Positions 19,094-28,265 are shown, counted from the first letter of the stretch. The stretch is DNA of 64,000 nt from a virus (IMGVR_UViG_3300042923_000524:1-64000); one strand, 5' to 3'. Translations and numbers: made by a program. Notes: generated by a model from the letters alone, not told the origin.

Positions 19094-19134
19094 AATCAAA
19101 TATTTCGATAAAAGAGGAATTTGGAGGACAATTA

Positions 19135-19524
19135 ATGTGGAAAAAGAAAATTAGAATCACACTAAATCAAGAAGATATTATTCCTTCAGCTAATGAATTA
19201 TTTAATATACATAATTATATAGTTTTAAACAAAGCACAAAAATTAGCTGAAAAATACATAAGGCTTATATCTAATAGAGTTAAATATAGAAGTGAACATG
19301 GAGTTTTGTGGGAGTCTTTCTCAAGACACAGTGAAAAAGAAGGAGAAGAAATTTTTAGATTCTTTTCGTTTTGTGATTCTGGCTATACAAGTGAAATAAT
19401 TAAATTATGTGAGCAATTTGTATTTGCTTACTTTAAGGAATTAGGATATTTAATAGAGTGGAGAGATAGTAGTGTATGTAGGAACGAAAAAGTAATTTAT
19501 ATATCTTGGGATAAATCACAATAA
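19135..19524 (+). CDS. Hypothetical protein (129 aa)
   Basis: GGAGG RBS. Confidence 0.65.
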   Translation: MWKKKIRITLNQEDIIPSANELFNIHNYIVLNKAQKLAEKYIRLISNRVKYRSEHGVLWESFSRHSEKEGEEIFRFFSFCDSGYTSEIIKLCEQFVFAYFKELGYLIEWRDSSVCRNEKVIYISWDKSQ

Positions 19525-19590
19525 AAAAGTTATTTCATAGAAACTTGATACAATTGGCACTTTTCTTAAATAGTGCAGGAGGTGATACAA

Positions 19591-20178
19591 ATATATAAAC
19601 GACCACAAAATGAAACAGAAACGCATTTTCTACTAAAAGAAATATCTAAATATATATTATTTGGATGGGGATATAATAGAATAGGGACTGAAGTCAATGG
19701 AATGTATTCTTATGACATTAAAGAGAATGGTAAAGACTTTAAGAGTATTATTGATGCGGTTGGTGTAAAAAGATGTAGACAGAAGAAGTTAAAAGATGGT
19801 CAATCGCTATACTATTATGATGTAAAAGGAATAGAAGCCAAAGCAACATTAGCAGACTTTAAAAATGGTTTCTGTGCAGCACCTATGTACACATATATTA
19901 TTGCTCCTATTAATACTATACCAATAGAATTAATCCCTGATAAGATAGGATTTATAGAAGTGGATTTAGATAACTTTAAACTACCGAAGAAATCGCAGAT
20001 GATATCAGATATGAAAGGTGTTAAATTAGTCAAGAGAGCCTACAAAAGACTGGATAGAAGATTTAAAACAGAAGAGGATTATAGAGAATGGTGTTCTGAA
20101 GTCTTAGATGATGTTGCATATAGAAGTACATCTGAGTTATTATTCTGGAGAAACTATATTGAGTTTAGTAAAAAGTAA
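19591..20178 (+). CDS. MmcB-like PD-(D/E)XK nuclease-fold protein (probable ATA start)
   Basis: IIDAVG...GIEAKATLADF...YIIAP; AGGAGGTG lies 6 nt before in-frame ATA 19591. Confidence 0.55.
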   Translation: MYKRPQNETETHFLLKEISKYILFGWGYNRIGTEVNGMYSYDIKENGKDFKSIIDAVGVKRCRQKKLKDGQSLYYYDVKGIEAKATLADFKNGFCAAPMYTYIIAPINTIPIELIPDKIGFIEVDLDNFKLPKKSQMISDMKGVKLVKRAYKRLDRRFKTEEDYREWCSEVLDDVAYRSTSELLFWRNYIEFSKK

Positions 20179-20207
20179 ATTTATAATAACAAATATAAAA
20201 TTATTAG

Positions 20208-20235
20208 TTGACAACTGAAAAATGCATGGTAAAAT
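20208..20235 (+). promoter_or_regulatory. Sigma-A promoter
   Basis: TTGACA-16bp-TAAAAT with extended TGn; same geometry as 11821. Confidence 0.75.
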
Positions 20236-20279
20236 GAATATAAGAGGTTAAGTTAAAGATTGAAGGAAGGAGGAAATAT

Positions 20280-20558
20280 ATGGTTAGGATAATAGAAACG
20301 AATTTATCCATAGATAATTTAGGAGCAATCCAAGACCATCAATCAAGAGTAATAGAAACGGAAAGTTGGATGTTATATGTTGATGAATTTATACATGGTA
20401 AAACAATTATCAGAAACTCATGTATAGGTAGCCTACATGGTGCTACTATTCCTAGAGAAGCAAAGATTGAGAATCTTACATATGATGAAAAGCATTTAAT
20501 GTGTGATATTACTAATTGGAAAAGTATAAAGAGTAAAAAGTTTGCTTATTTAGTTTAA
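20280..20558 (+). CDS. Hypothetical protein (92 aa)
   Basis: AAGGAGG RBS. Confidence 0.65.
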   Translation: MVRIIETNLSIDNLGAIQDHQSRVIETESWMLYVDEFIHGKTIIRNSCIGSLHGATIPREAKIENLTYDEKHLMCDITNWKSIKSKKFAYLV

Positions 20559-20699
20559 ACACTTTTTGTAACACATTTGTAACATGAGAATCAAAGCAAA
20601 CGAGAGCATAAACGAGAAAACGAGAGATACAAAAGCCAAAAATGACCATAAAATGTCTCTTTCATCTAAACTTCAAAATCTAGGAAAGGAGTAATTAAT

Positions 20700-20840
20700 A
20701 TGAAGGGAATAGAAATTAAAGTCGTTGACAATAGGAAAGATAGTTTTAAGATTTACTATATCAAACCTACTGAAGACGAATACAAAGCAATTTCAAAGAT
20801 ACTTGATATTAAAGAAATAGAGCCAGATTGGGAAGATTAG
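20700..20840 (+). CDS. Hypothetical miniprotein (46 aa, not in ORF track)
   Basis: AAAGGAG RBS; MKGIEIKVVDNRKDS...EPDWED. Confidence 0.55.
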   Translation: MKGIEIKVVDNRKDSFKIYYIKPTEDEYKAISKILDIKEIEPDWED

Positions 20841-20925
20841 AATAAGAGATAAAGGGTAGAGAGATTTTAATTAAGGTTAAGGGTTGTATATGATTAATAT
20901 AAAAATAATATTTAGGAGGTTAAAA

Positions 20926-21162
20926 ATGAAAGATTTTTTTAAAAAGTTTGGATACATATTTAATTTAGCTTTAGATGGTTGGTTGATAGGTTTATGGGTA
21001 GGACATTTTATACAGCTTTGTAGAGGTATTGAATTAGACAAAGTTACTATAGGAGTTTCTTTGATAATTACTATCGGATTTTTAATCAAGATGCTCATAA
21101 AAGATTTAACAAAGTCAAATATAGTTGATATAAAAATAAATATTAAAGGAGAAATAGAATAA
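20926..21162 (+). CDS. Small 2-TM membrane protein
   Basis: AGGAGGT RBS before ATG 20926; two hydrophobic helices. Confidence 0.6.
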   Translation: MKDFFKKFGYIFNLALDGWLIGLWVGHFIQLCRGIELDKVTIGVSLIITIGFLIKMLIKDLTKSNIVDIKINIKGEIE

Positions 21163-21566
21163 TGAGTTTATTAATGATGGTTTTAGTTATTGGTTTTATA
21201 ATAGGGATTGCATTATTTGTAACTGGATTAATATGTTGGATTGATTGGTCTCTGATATTAATAGGAATTATAATCATGTTGGTTTGTGGGTTTGGAGCAA
21301 GTGAAATTGTAGAAAATGCTCCTTATAGAGATATAAATAGTAATAATATAGTAGTTGAATATGCAAGGGTTAATGAAGTTACTGACAAAACAATTGTTCT
21401 AGATAATACTAAATATGTAACTGAAAATAATAAAGCCTTTAATGAAACTTTTAATTTGAAATATCCAATAAGATTAAGTGATTTTAGTATAGGAGACATT
21501 GTAAAATATCAACTTATATCTACAGACTTTGATGACTACTTAATTAGAATTGAAAAGGTTCAATAA
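21162..21566 (+). CDS. Membrane-anchored protein (2 N-terminal TM)
   Basis: Hydrophobic N-terminus; AAGGAG RBS. Confidence 0.6.
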   Translation: MSLLMMVLVIGFIIGIALFVTGLICWIDWSLILIGIIIMLVCGFGASEIVENAPYRDINSNNIVVEYARVNEVTDKTIVLDNTKYVTENNKAFNETFNLKYPIRLSDFSIGDIVKYQLISTDFDDYLIRIEKVQ

Positions 21567-21602
21567 AAGACAAATTTGATGGAAATATTAAGGAGTATAA
21601 TA

Positions 21603-21809
21603 ATGAAAAAAAGTAAGCCACTTTACGGAATACGTGATAGTGAAGATTTTATGGGTTTAGTATGGGAGACTGAATTAGGAATGGTTGTTACATGTGAAGG
21701 AAAATGGAATATACAAAATAACCTACAAATTATCAGTGTAGAAACAGGTGAAGATGTAGGAAATATTGATTTAAGAAACGTATTAATGTCACTACTACCA
21801 TCTAAATAA
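21603..21809 (+). CDS. Hypothetical protein (68 aa)
   Basis: AAGGAG RBS before ATG 21603. Confidence 0.55.
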   Translation: MKKSKPLYGIRDSEDFMGLVWETELGMVVTCEGKWNIQNNLQIISVETGEDVGNIDLRNVLMSLLPSK

Positions 21810-21824
21810 GAAAAGAGCAAAACA

Positions 21825-22031
21825 ATGCCAACAGAATTTGATTTTGAAGTATCTGACAGATTAAAAAAACAATTTCCAGAACTATGTCATAAGTATCACG
21901 CTGAAGAAATTGATAAAGATACATATAAAATTACATGGATAGATGCAGAAGACCCTCAACCTTTTGCATATTACGACAAAGATGATATAGAGTGGAAAAT
22001 AAATAATAACCATTGGATAATTTTAAATTAA
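21825..22031 (+). CDS. Hypothetical protein (68 aa)
   Basis: ORF in operon context, weak RBS. Confidence 0.55.
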   Translation: MPTEFDFEVSDRLKKQFPELCHKYHAEEIDKDTYKITWIDAEDPQPFAYYDKDDIEWKINNNHWIILN

Positions 22032-22043
22032 GAAGGAGCAATA

Positions 22044-22238
22044 ATGGGCAATAAAGTATTTCAACTAGCAGAAAAGATTAAACAAGATATGAACGATTTA
22101 ATACTAGATTGTATTAATCAACAAAACACAAGAGAATATGTTCAGAATTGTATTATCAACTCTAATACCATATTAGACGATATGCAAAAACTTTGGGATG
22201 TCAACCTTGAAATTTATTATACAGACCTAAATTTCTAA
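22044..22238 (+). CDS. Hypothetical protein (64 aa)
   Basis: AAGGAG RBS. Confidence 0.6.
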   Translation: MGNKVFQLAEKIKQDMNDLILDCINQQNTREYVQNCIINSNTILDDMQKLWDVNLEIYYTDLNF

Positions 22239-22255
22239 GAAAGGAGGATATTATA

Positions 22256-22501
22256 ATGACAACGAATAGAAGGGGGAATGACAATTGTACACTTGACAAA
22301 ATAGAAGATATGGAGAATCTAAAAGAAGATTGTGAAAAGGCTAATAAGGTAAATAAGCATATGCAATACATAAAGGCTGATGCTGTGAAAAGATATAATG
22401 AATTAGAGATGGATTTTTTGGTTGATGTAGAGAAGGATTTGACTGAAGACGAAATTCATCTAGTGAATAGGGTATTTAGGTATTTGAGAAGTAAATGTTA
22501 G
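22256..22501 (+). CDS. Hypothetical protein (81 aa)
   Basis: AAAGGAGG RBS. Confidence 0.6.
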   Translation: MTTNRRGNDNCTLDKIEDMENLKEDCEKANKVNKHMQYIKADAVKRYNELEMDFLVDVEKDLTEDEIHLVNRVFRYLRSKC

Positions 22502-22546
22502 ATATTAGATATTAATAAAAACAATAGATGTTACAGGAGGAAATTA

Positions 22547-24631
22547 ATGCAGGTAATTAAGAGAACAAACGAACCAGTAGATTTTAGTAAAGATAAGATT
22601 ATAAATGCTATAACCAGAGCTATGGATGAAACAGAATTAGGTGTTAATATTGAATTAGCAGTAGAAATTGCCGATAATATAGAAGATGATATTAATGATT
22701 TAGATATAATGCCTACAGTTGAAACTATTCAGAATATGGTTGAAGAGTATTTAATGGATAGCAGGAAGGATGTAGCCAAACAATATATTCTATACAGAGA
22801 AGAAAGAAATAGATTAAGAAATAATCCACAATGGGAAATGACAGAATTACAAAAAGCAATATGGGAAAATAAATATAGATATAAAAATGAATCTTTTGAT
22901 GGATTTTTAAATAGAGTTAGTAATGGAAATGAGCATATCAAAAAGCTTATGATACATAAAAAATTATTACCTGCTGGACGAATATTAGCAGGTAGGGGTA
23001 CGCATAAAGATGGTAAAAAAATAACTTTATCGAATTGCTTTGTATTACCATCACCAGAAGATAATATTGAATCAATATTTGATACTGCAAAATATATGGC
23101 TAGAACATACTCATATGGTGGCGGTGTAGGAATTGACATCAGTAAATTAAGACCTAAGAAATCAAAAGTAAATAATGCAGCCAAAACTACTTCTGGTGCA
23201 ATCAGCTTTATGGATTTATATTCACTTACTACAGAGTTAATTGGACAGAGTGGACGTAGAGGGGCATTAATGATTACACTAGATTGTTCACATCCTGATT
23301 TGTTAGATTTTATTAATTGTAAAACTGATTTAAACAAAGTTACTAGAGCTAATATATCTATTAAGGTTTCAGATGATTTTATGAATGCTGTTTTAGATAA
23401 TGCAGATTGGAAACTTCATTTTACAATAGAAGAAACAGGCGAAGTAATAGAAAAGATTGTAAAAGCACAAGAGATATATCATATATTCTGTAAGATGGAT
23501 TGGAATTATGCAGAACCCTCTTTAGTTTATTGGAGTAGAATAAACAATTGGAATCTGTTAAGTGAAGATGATGAATTTGAATATGTTGGACTTAATCCCT
23601 GTGCTGAAGAACCACTCCCAGAATTCGGAAGTTGTAATTTAATATCATTAAACCTTGCCGAATTTATTATTAATCCATTTACAGATAATGCACGTTTTGA
23701 TTATGATAGATTTAACGAAGCAGTTAAACACACAGTTGTATATATGAATGATTTACTTGATGAAGCTATAGAAAATAATCTATATCCTTTAGAAAAACAA
23801 AAGCAATCAGTAATTGATTGGAGACAAATAGGAATCGGAATTATGGGCATCGCTGATATGCTTATAAAGATGAATATAAAATATGGAAATAAAGAATCAT
23901 TAGAATTATGTGATAAGATTGGTTTTGAAATGATTAATTCAGCTTTACAACAATCAGCACTATTATCAAAAGAAATAGGTACTTACGAAAAATATAAAGA
24001 AGATGCAGTATTAAAAAGTGAATTCTTAAAGTACAATGCGTATCCAGAAACAATACAAATGATTAAAGAATATGGATTAAGAAATTCTCAAGTTCTTACT
24101 ATTGCACCAACAGGCTCACTATCCACAATGTTAGGTATATCTGGTGGAATAGAACCGATTTATCAAATATCATATACTAGAAAAACAGAATCATTACATG
24201 ACGAAGATACATATTACAAAGTGTTTACCCCTATAGCAAAAGAGTATATGGATAAATTTGATATTAAAACAGAAGAAGAATTACCTGATATATTTATTAC
24301 TGCAAATGACTTAAATTATTATGATAGAGTTGATATGCAATCTGTTTGGCAAAATCATATAGACGCTTCAATATCCTCTACAGTTAATTTACCATTTGCA
24401 ACTTCTGTAAAACAAGTTGAAGATTTATACATATATGCTTGGGAAAAAGGTTTAAAAGGCATTACAATATTCAGAGATGGTTGTAAAAGAAGTGGAGTTT
24501 TAACGACCGACAAAACAGAAGAACATGAGAAAATTGAAGGTGCTAAATGCCTTGAGTGTGGCTCACAATCATTGATTAGAACAAATTCTTGTGTATTATG
24601 TTTAGAATGTGGGCATTCACCATGCAGTTAG
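22547..24631 (+). CDS. nrdJ: Class II (B12-dependent) ribonucleotide reductase with N-terminal ATP cone
   Basis: ATP cone VIKR...F..DKI; LSNCF, GGGVG, RRGA, NPCAE...CNL, TIAPTG; C-terminal Zn-ribbon Cys; no beta subunit nearby. Confidence 0.85.
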   Translation: MQVIKRTNEPVDFSKDKIINAITRAMDETELGVNIELAVEIADNIEDDINDLDIMPTVETIQNMVEEYLMDSRKDVAKQYILYREERNRLRNNPQWEMTELQKAIWENKYRYKNESFDGFLNRVSNGNEHIKKLMIHKKLLPAGRILAGRGTHKDGKKITLSNCFVLPSPEDNIESIFDTAKYMARTYSYGGGVGIDISKLRPKKSKVNNAAKTTSGAISFMDLYSLTTELIGQSGRRGALMITLDCSHPDLLDFINCKTDLNKVTRANISIKVSDDFMNAVLDNADWKLHFTIEETGEVIEKIVKAQEIYHIFCKMDWNYAEPSLVYWSRINNWNLLSEDDEFEYVGLNPCAEEPLPEFGSCNLISLNLAEFIINPFTDNARFDYDRFNEAVKHTVVYMNDLLDEAIENNLYPLEKQKQSVIDWRQIGIGIMGIADMLIKMNIKYGNKESLELCDKIGFEMINSALQQSALLSKEIGTYEKYKEDAVLKSEFLKYNAYPETIQMIKEYGLRNSQVLTIAPTGSLSTMLGISGGIEPIYQISYTRKTESLHDEDTYYKVFTPIAKEYMDKFDIKTEEELPDIFITANDLNYYDRVDMQSVWQNHIDASISSTVNLPFATSVKQVEDLYIYAWEKGLKGITIFRDGCKRSGVLTTDKTEEHEKIEGAKCLECGSQSLIRTNSCVLCLECGHSPCS

Positions 24632-25308
24632 AACAAAATGAATTGCTAAATGTAAAAATAAATAAACTAACTTGTTTAAGCAAAATAATAAAAAATGGGA
24701 GATTGTATTACTTGTGTGCGTGTGATTGTGGAAATGAGAAAGTTATTAGAGCAGACTGTTTATTAAACAATCACACTACTTCATGTGGCAATTGCCCTAA
24801 CTTATACGATTTAACAAATGAGTATGGTATAGGATATACATCAAAGAATGAACCATTTTATTTTGATTTAGAAGATTATGATAAGATTAAAGACTTTAAA
24901 TGGCATATTAGTAAAGAAGGTTATGTCAGAACACAAGTTAATCATGAAAGAATATATTTACATAGGTTAGTTATGGATGCTAAAAAAGATGATTATATTG
25001 ACCATATTAATCATAATACTGTAAATAATATTAAATCCAATTTAAGAAAATGTACACAACAAGAAAATATGAGAAATAGAAATGTTTCCAAAAGTAGTAA
25101 ATCCAATGTGTTAGGTGTATATTGGGCAGAAGAAAGACAAAAGTGGTTAGTTCAAATACAATTAAGTGAAAATAAAAAAATCAGTTTAGGAAGATATAAA
25201 AATTTCGATGAAGCTGTAAAAGTACGTAAAGAAGCAGAGATTAAATATTTTGGTGAATTTGCACCAATAACTAATATAAAATCGGAGGAACAAACACTTG
25301 CAAATTAA
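24622..25308 (+). CDS. HNH-AP2 free-standing homing endonuclease
   Basis: CACDCG, HRLVM...IDHINHN..NN..SNLR, AP2-like KWLVQI...LGRY..FDEAV..R. Confidence 0.85.
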   Translation: MQLEQNELLNVKINKLTCLSKIIKNGRLYYLCACDCGNEKVIRADCLLNNHTTSCGNCPNLYDLTNEYGIGYTSKNEPFYFDLEDYDKIKDFKWHISKEGYVRTQVNHERIYLHRLVMDAKKDDYIDHINHNTVNNIKSNLRKCTQQENMRNRNVSKSSKSNVLGVYWAEERQKWLVQIQLSENKKISLGRYKNFDEAVKVRKEAEIKYFGEFAPITNIKSEEQTLAN

Positions 25309-25729
25309 AATAAAATACTTTGATACTATGATGCCGAAGATTCAAAACATTGAACAAAAATCAGATTGGTATGACTTGCGTTCAGCTATAGATATTGAAC
25401 TTAAAAAAGGCGAATTTAAACTTATACCTTTAGGAGTAGCAATGGAATTGCCAGAAGGGTATGAAGCTTATGTAGTACCTAGGAGCAGTACATATAAAAA
25501 CTTCAAAATCATTCAAGCAAATCACCATGCGGTAATTGATGAATCTTATAAAGGTGATAATGACCAATGGTATTATCCTGTTATAGCTATGGAAGATACT
25601 AAGATAAACAAATACGATAGAATATGCCAATTCAGAATACAAAAGAAAATGCCTATAGTTATTTTTGATGAAGTTGAGATATTAGGTAATCAAGATAGAA
25701 ATGGCATAGGCTCTACAGGAGTTAAATAA
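25298..25729 (+). CDS. dut: Trimeric dUTPase
   Basis: [28 protein letters not shown]. Confidence 0.92.
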   Translation: MQIKIKYFDTMMPKIQNIEQKSDWYDLRSAIDIELKKGEFKLIPLGVAMELPEGYEAYVVPRSSTYKNFKIIQANHHAVIDESYKGDNDQWYYPVIAMEDTKINKYDRICQFRIQKKMPIVIFDEVEILGNQDRNGIGSTGVK

Positions 25730-25765
25730 AAAAGTAAATAATAACTAATATAAAACTGAAAAACA

Positions 25766-25794
25766 TAGGGTAGTGGAAATTAATCCCTACCCTA
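25766..25794 (+). terminator. Stem-loop after dUTPase
   Basis: TAGGGTAG(t)GGA-aattaa-TCC-CTACCCTA. Confidence 0.5.
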
Positions 25795-25840
25795 ACCTTT
25801 CCCCAACTAAAAAATAAATAAAGGAGTTAAATACATATAA

Positions 25841-26584
25841 ATGAAAAGAAAAACCTCAATAATATTTATCCTATTTCTTATAGCGATAATCATATTCCTA
25901 TTACAATTTAATGTTACACCAAAGAAAATAGATTCTCCATATACTGCCGATAATTCAACTCAAAATCAAACAGAAAATACAAAAGAGAAACAACAAAATA
26001 TATTAGATATACAAAAGCAAATTGAAGAACAAATGAGAAAAGAACAAGCGATTAAGGCTGAAGAAGAGAGGTTACTAAGGCTACAGGATGTAAATTTAGT
26101 TTTATCCAATCTTGATAAAGTTACAGGTTTAAAAATTGATGTGTGCGAAGGCATAGAAACATATCATAATGTAATTAATCAAAATGGTACTATTTATAAA
26201 AAAGGATTAGAAGCATATCTTGTTTATCGTTTTATAATAGGAGTAGATTTAAAACTTAATGAATGGCAAGTAGATACTATTGAAGGAGATGTAATAACTC
26301 TAAAAATACCAGAGATAAAACCTTATTTAAAAAGTTTAGAAGAAAAAGAAGATGTATCATACATAAAAGACTTATATGCAGATAAAAAATGGTTTGTTAA
26401 AAGATATAAACCATCTGAAACTGAATTTATAAGAGACTATGCAATTAAATATATTAAAGTGAAAATAAATGATTCTCCAGAAATATGGGAAAAGGCTCAA
26501 GAAGGGATAGATGATAATATAGAAACTATAAGACAATTTATATTAGGGTTAGGATATAGTGAAGTTTATTTTAATTTAGAATAG
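25841..26584 (+). CDS. Membrane-anchored DUF4230-like protein
   Basis: N-terminal TM, coiled coil, then GVDL...ITLKIP...AQE...I..FI..LGY pattern. Confidence 0.5.
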   Translation: MKRKTSIIFILFLIAIIIFLLQFNVTPKKIDSPYTADNSTQNQTENTKEKQQNILDIQKQIEEQMRKEQAIKAEEERLLRLQDVNLVLSNLDKVTGLKIDVCEGIETYHNVINQNGTIYKKGLEAYLVYRFIIGVDLKLNEWQVDTIEGDVITLKIPEIKPYLKSLEEKEDVSYIKDLYADKKWFVKRYKPSETEFIRDYAIKYIKVKINDSPEIWEKAQEGIDDNIETIRQFILGLGYSEVYFNLE

Positions 26585-26595
26585 GAGGAATGTAG

Positions 26596-27153
26596 TTGAG
26601 AGTTAAACTAATAGAAACATTTAATAATTGGGGTCAAGTCAAAAATACAACTATGACAACTATACATAAAGAAAAAGGTACGTATCCATCTACAGAATGG
26701 AAGAAGCAAATCCTACTGTCAGAACACTCACCAATTAGAAAATTAAGGTTTAGTTTTAAATGGTATGATTTACTATCATGGTGCAGTGTTCACTTTTGCA
26801 GACATAAGATTGGAATAGAGCATTTTGTGAGAACACAAAGAACTGATAGAACTGGAACAGATAGAAATGAATTACCTCAAGGTAGTTTTGTTGAACATGA
26901 ATGTGAAGCAAATGCACAAGCAATTATCAATATAAGTAGAAAAAGATTGTGTAATTGTGCAAGTAAAGAAACTAGAGAAGCATGGAAAGCATTTTTAGAA
27001 ACTATTAAAGATATCGAACCTGAATTGTATGGTGCTTGTAAAAAAGAATGTGTGTATAGGGGTTGGTGCTTCGAGTTTTCAAGTTGTAACTATCACAAAA
27101 CAGAACAATTTAGAAAAGAGTTGGAAGAATACAGAGGTGGTATAAATGTCTAA
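26596..27153 (+). CDS. thyX: FAD-dependent thymidylate synthase (ThyX/Thy1, short phage variant)
   Basis: EHSP, VHFCRH...TQRTDR, NAQAIINISRKRLC..AS.ETR, CVYRGWC.E. Confidence 0.75.
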   Translation: MRVKLIETFNNWGQVKNTTMTTIHKEKGTYPSTEWKKQILLSEHSPIRKLRFSFKWYDLLSWCSVHFCRHKIGIEHFVRTQRTDRTGTDRNELPQGSFVEHECEANAQAIINISRKRLCNCASKETREAWKAFLETIKDIEPELYGACKKECVYRGWCFEFSSCNYHKTEQFRKELEEYRGGINV

Positions 27154-27703
27154 AACTAAACTATTTATAGATATGGATGGAGTTACATTAGACTCTATTC
27201 CTGCAATATGCAAATCCTATAATACGTTATATCAACATCATCCAGACTTTAAACCTGCTAATCCAAATGAAGTAAAAACATGGTCTATGAAAGAAGTTAT
27301 ACCTTTATGTAATAGTGTAGAAGAATTATTTGATTCTTATTTATTCTTTAGATATGTAGAATTTATGCCTTATGCAAAAGAAGCATTATTAGAGCTAAAT
27401 GAAAAATATGATATATATCTACTTACAATTGGAACTTTATTAAATATATCACAAAAGGCTATATGGATAAAAGATAATCTACCTTTTATTAAAAACACTA
27501 TTTTAATATCTAAAGAAGGCGGTAAGATTGGAAAAGACAATATAAATATGGACAATGGAATAGTTTTAGATGACCATCAAGATAATCTTATGAATCCTAC
27601 ATGTAGTTTAGCTATAGCTTTTGGAAAGAAGTATGTTTGGAATGAAGAATTTAAAGGTGATAGATGTGAGAGTTGGGAAGAAGTTAGAGAGATGTTGTTA
27701 TAA
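27146..27703 (+). CDS. 5'(3')-deoxyribonucleotidase (HAD/NT5C family)
   Basis: FIDMDGV motif I, C-terminal VLDD..N. Confidence 0.8.
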   Translation: MSKTKLFIDMDGVTLDSIPAICKSYNTLYQHHPDFKPANPNEVKTWSMKEVIPLCNSVEELFDSYLFFRYVEFMPYAKEALLELNEKYDIYLLTIGTLLNISQKAIWIKDNLPFIKNTILISKEGGKIGKDNINMDNGIVLDDHQDNLMNPTCSLAIAFGKKYVWNEEFKGDRCESWEEVREMLL

Positions 27704-27746
27704 AAGTGTAATAAAGACTAATATAAAATTGTAGTTAAAGTGAGGT

Positions 27747-28265
27747 ATGTTATTGAAGAATTCTGGCAAAATTTTCGAGGACTCTTTCAGAGACAGCATA
27801 GACCAAGAAAAGATATATTATTACAGACTTCGTGACCCTGCAAGTTCATTTGGAGGCAAACAAGAAGGTTTAAGATTTTCTATTACTAACGATTATGATT
27901 GTTTTTTTTATATATATCCGAATTTTTTTCCCTTTGAATTGAAATCTACCAAAGGAACATCATTCAGTATTCAAAAAGAAAAAACAGATAAAGCAAAGAT
28001 GATAAAACTTCATCAAATAGAAGGACTTACAAAAGCAAGTAAACATGAAGGTGTATATGCTGGATTGGTTTTAAACTTTAGAGATACAGAACATACATAT
28101 TGGTTAAACATCAAAGATTTTAATATATTTAATGAACAGACAGAAAAGAAGTCAATCAATGAAGATGATGTAGTAAAACATAATGGGATAATAGTTCCTC
28201 AGAGATTAAAAAAAGTTAAGTACACTTATGACATTGGTAAGATGATAAGTTTTATCAAAGATTAG
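27747..28265 (+). CDS. recU: RecU-like Holliday junction resolvase
   Basis: NSGKIFE, DC, FELKSTKG, HQIEGL. Confidence 0.75.
   Translation: MLLKNSGKIFEDSFRDSIDQEKIYYYRLRDPASSFGGKQEGLRFSITNDYDCFFYIYPNFFPFELKSTKGTSFSIQKEKTDKAKMIKLHQIEGLTKASKHEGVYAGLVLNFRDTEHTYWLNIKDFNIFNEQTEKKSINEDDVVKHNGIIVPQRLKKVKYTYDIGKMISFIKD

Larger units (their letters stand above)
11890..21585. repeat. Array of ~21 degenerate 28-bp 11-6-11 palindromic sites at gene junctions
   Basis: Start coordinates: 11890, 12489, 13225, 13412, 14599, 14952, 15190, 15640, 15941, 16184, 16413, 17394, 17666, 17938, 18197, 18479, 18800, 19085 (7-bp spacer, weak), 19516, 20643, 21558. Consensus approx. TNWMVAYRRAA-N6-TTYNRWNKANA, e.g. 16413 TTTCATCAGAA-ACTAGA-TTTTATTGAAA. 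Confidence 0.8.

Noticed and set aside
20725-20752. TTGACA-16-TAAGAT promoter
   Set aside because: Lies inside a 46-aa ORF with a weak -10; may be chance.
11890-21585. Junction repeats as a CRISPR array
   Set aside because: Repeats are highly degenerate, the intervening segments are 160-1200-bp ORFs with RBSs, and there is no cas operon. The PD-(D/E)XK gene sits in the replisome.
14120-22530. Half-sites at ~14121 and ~22510 (left arm only)
   Set aside because: The right arms do not match, so they were not counted in the array.
22495-22540. NrdR box or TAGATAT repeats upstream of nrdJ
   Set aside because: Best match by eye is about 10/16 to the consensus, with no properly spaced tandem partner.
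6184-24631. Inteins or group I/II introns in dnaE, helicases, nrdJ or terL
   Set aside because: ORFs are continuous and of expected length, with no HN-C/S/T splice motifs or embedded LAGLIDADG/RT domains.
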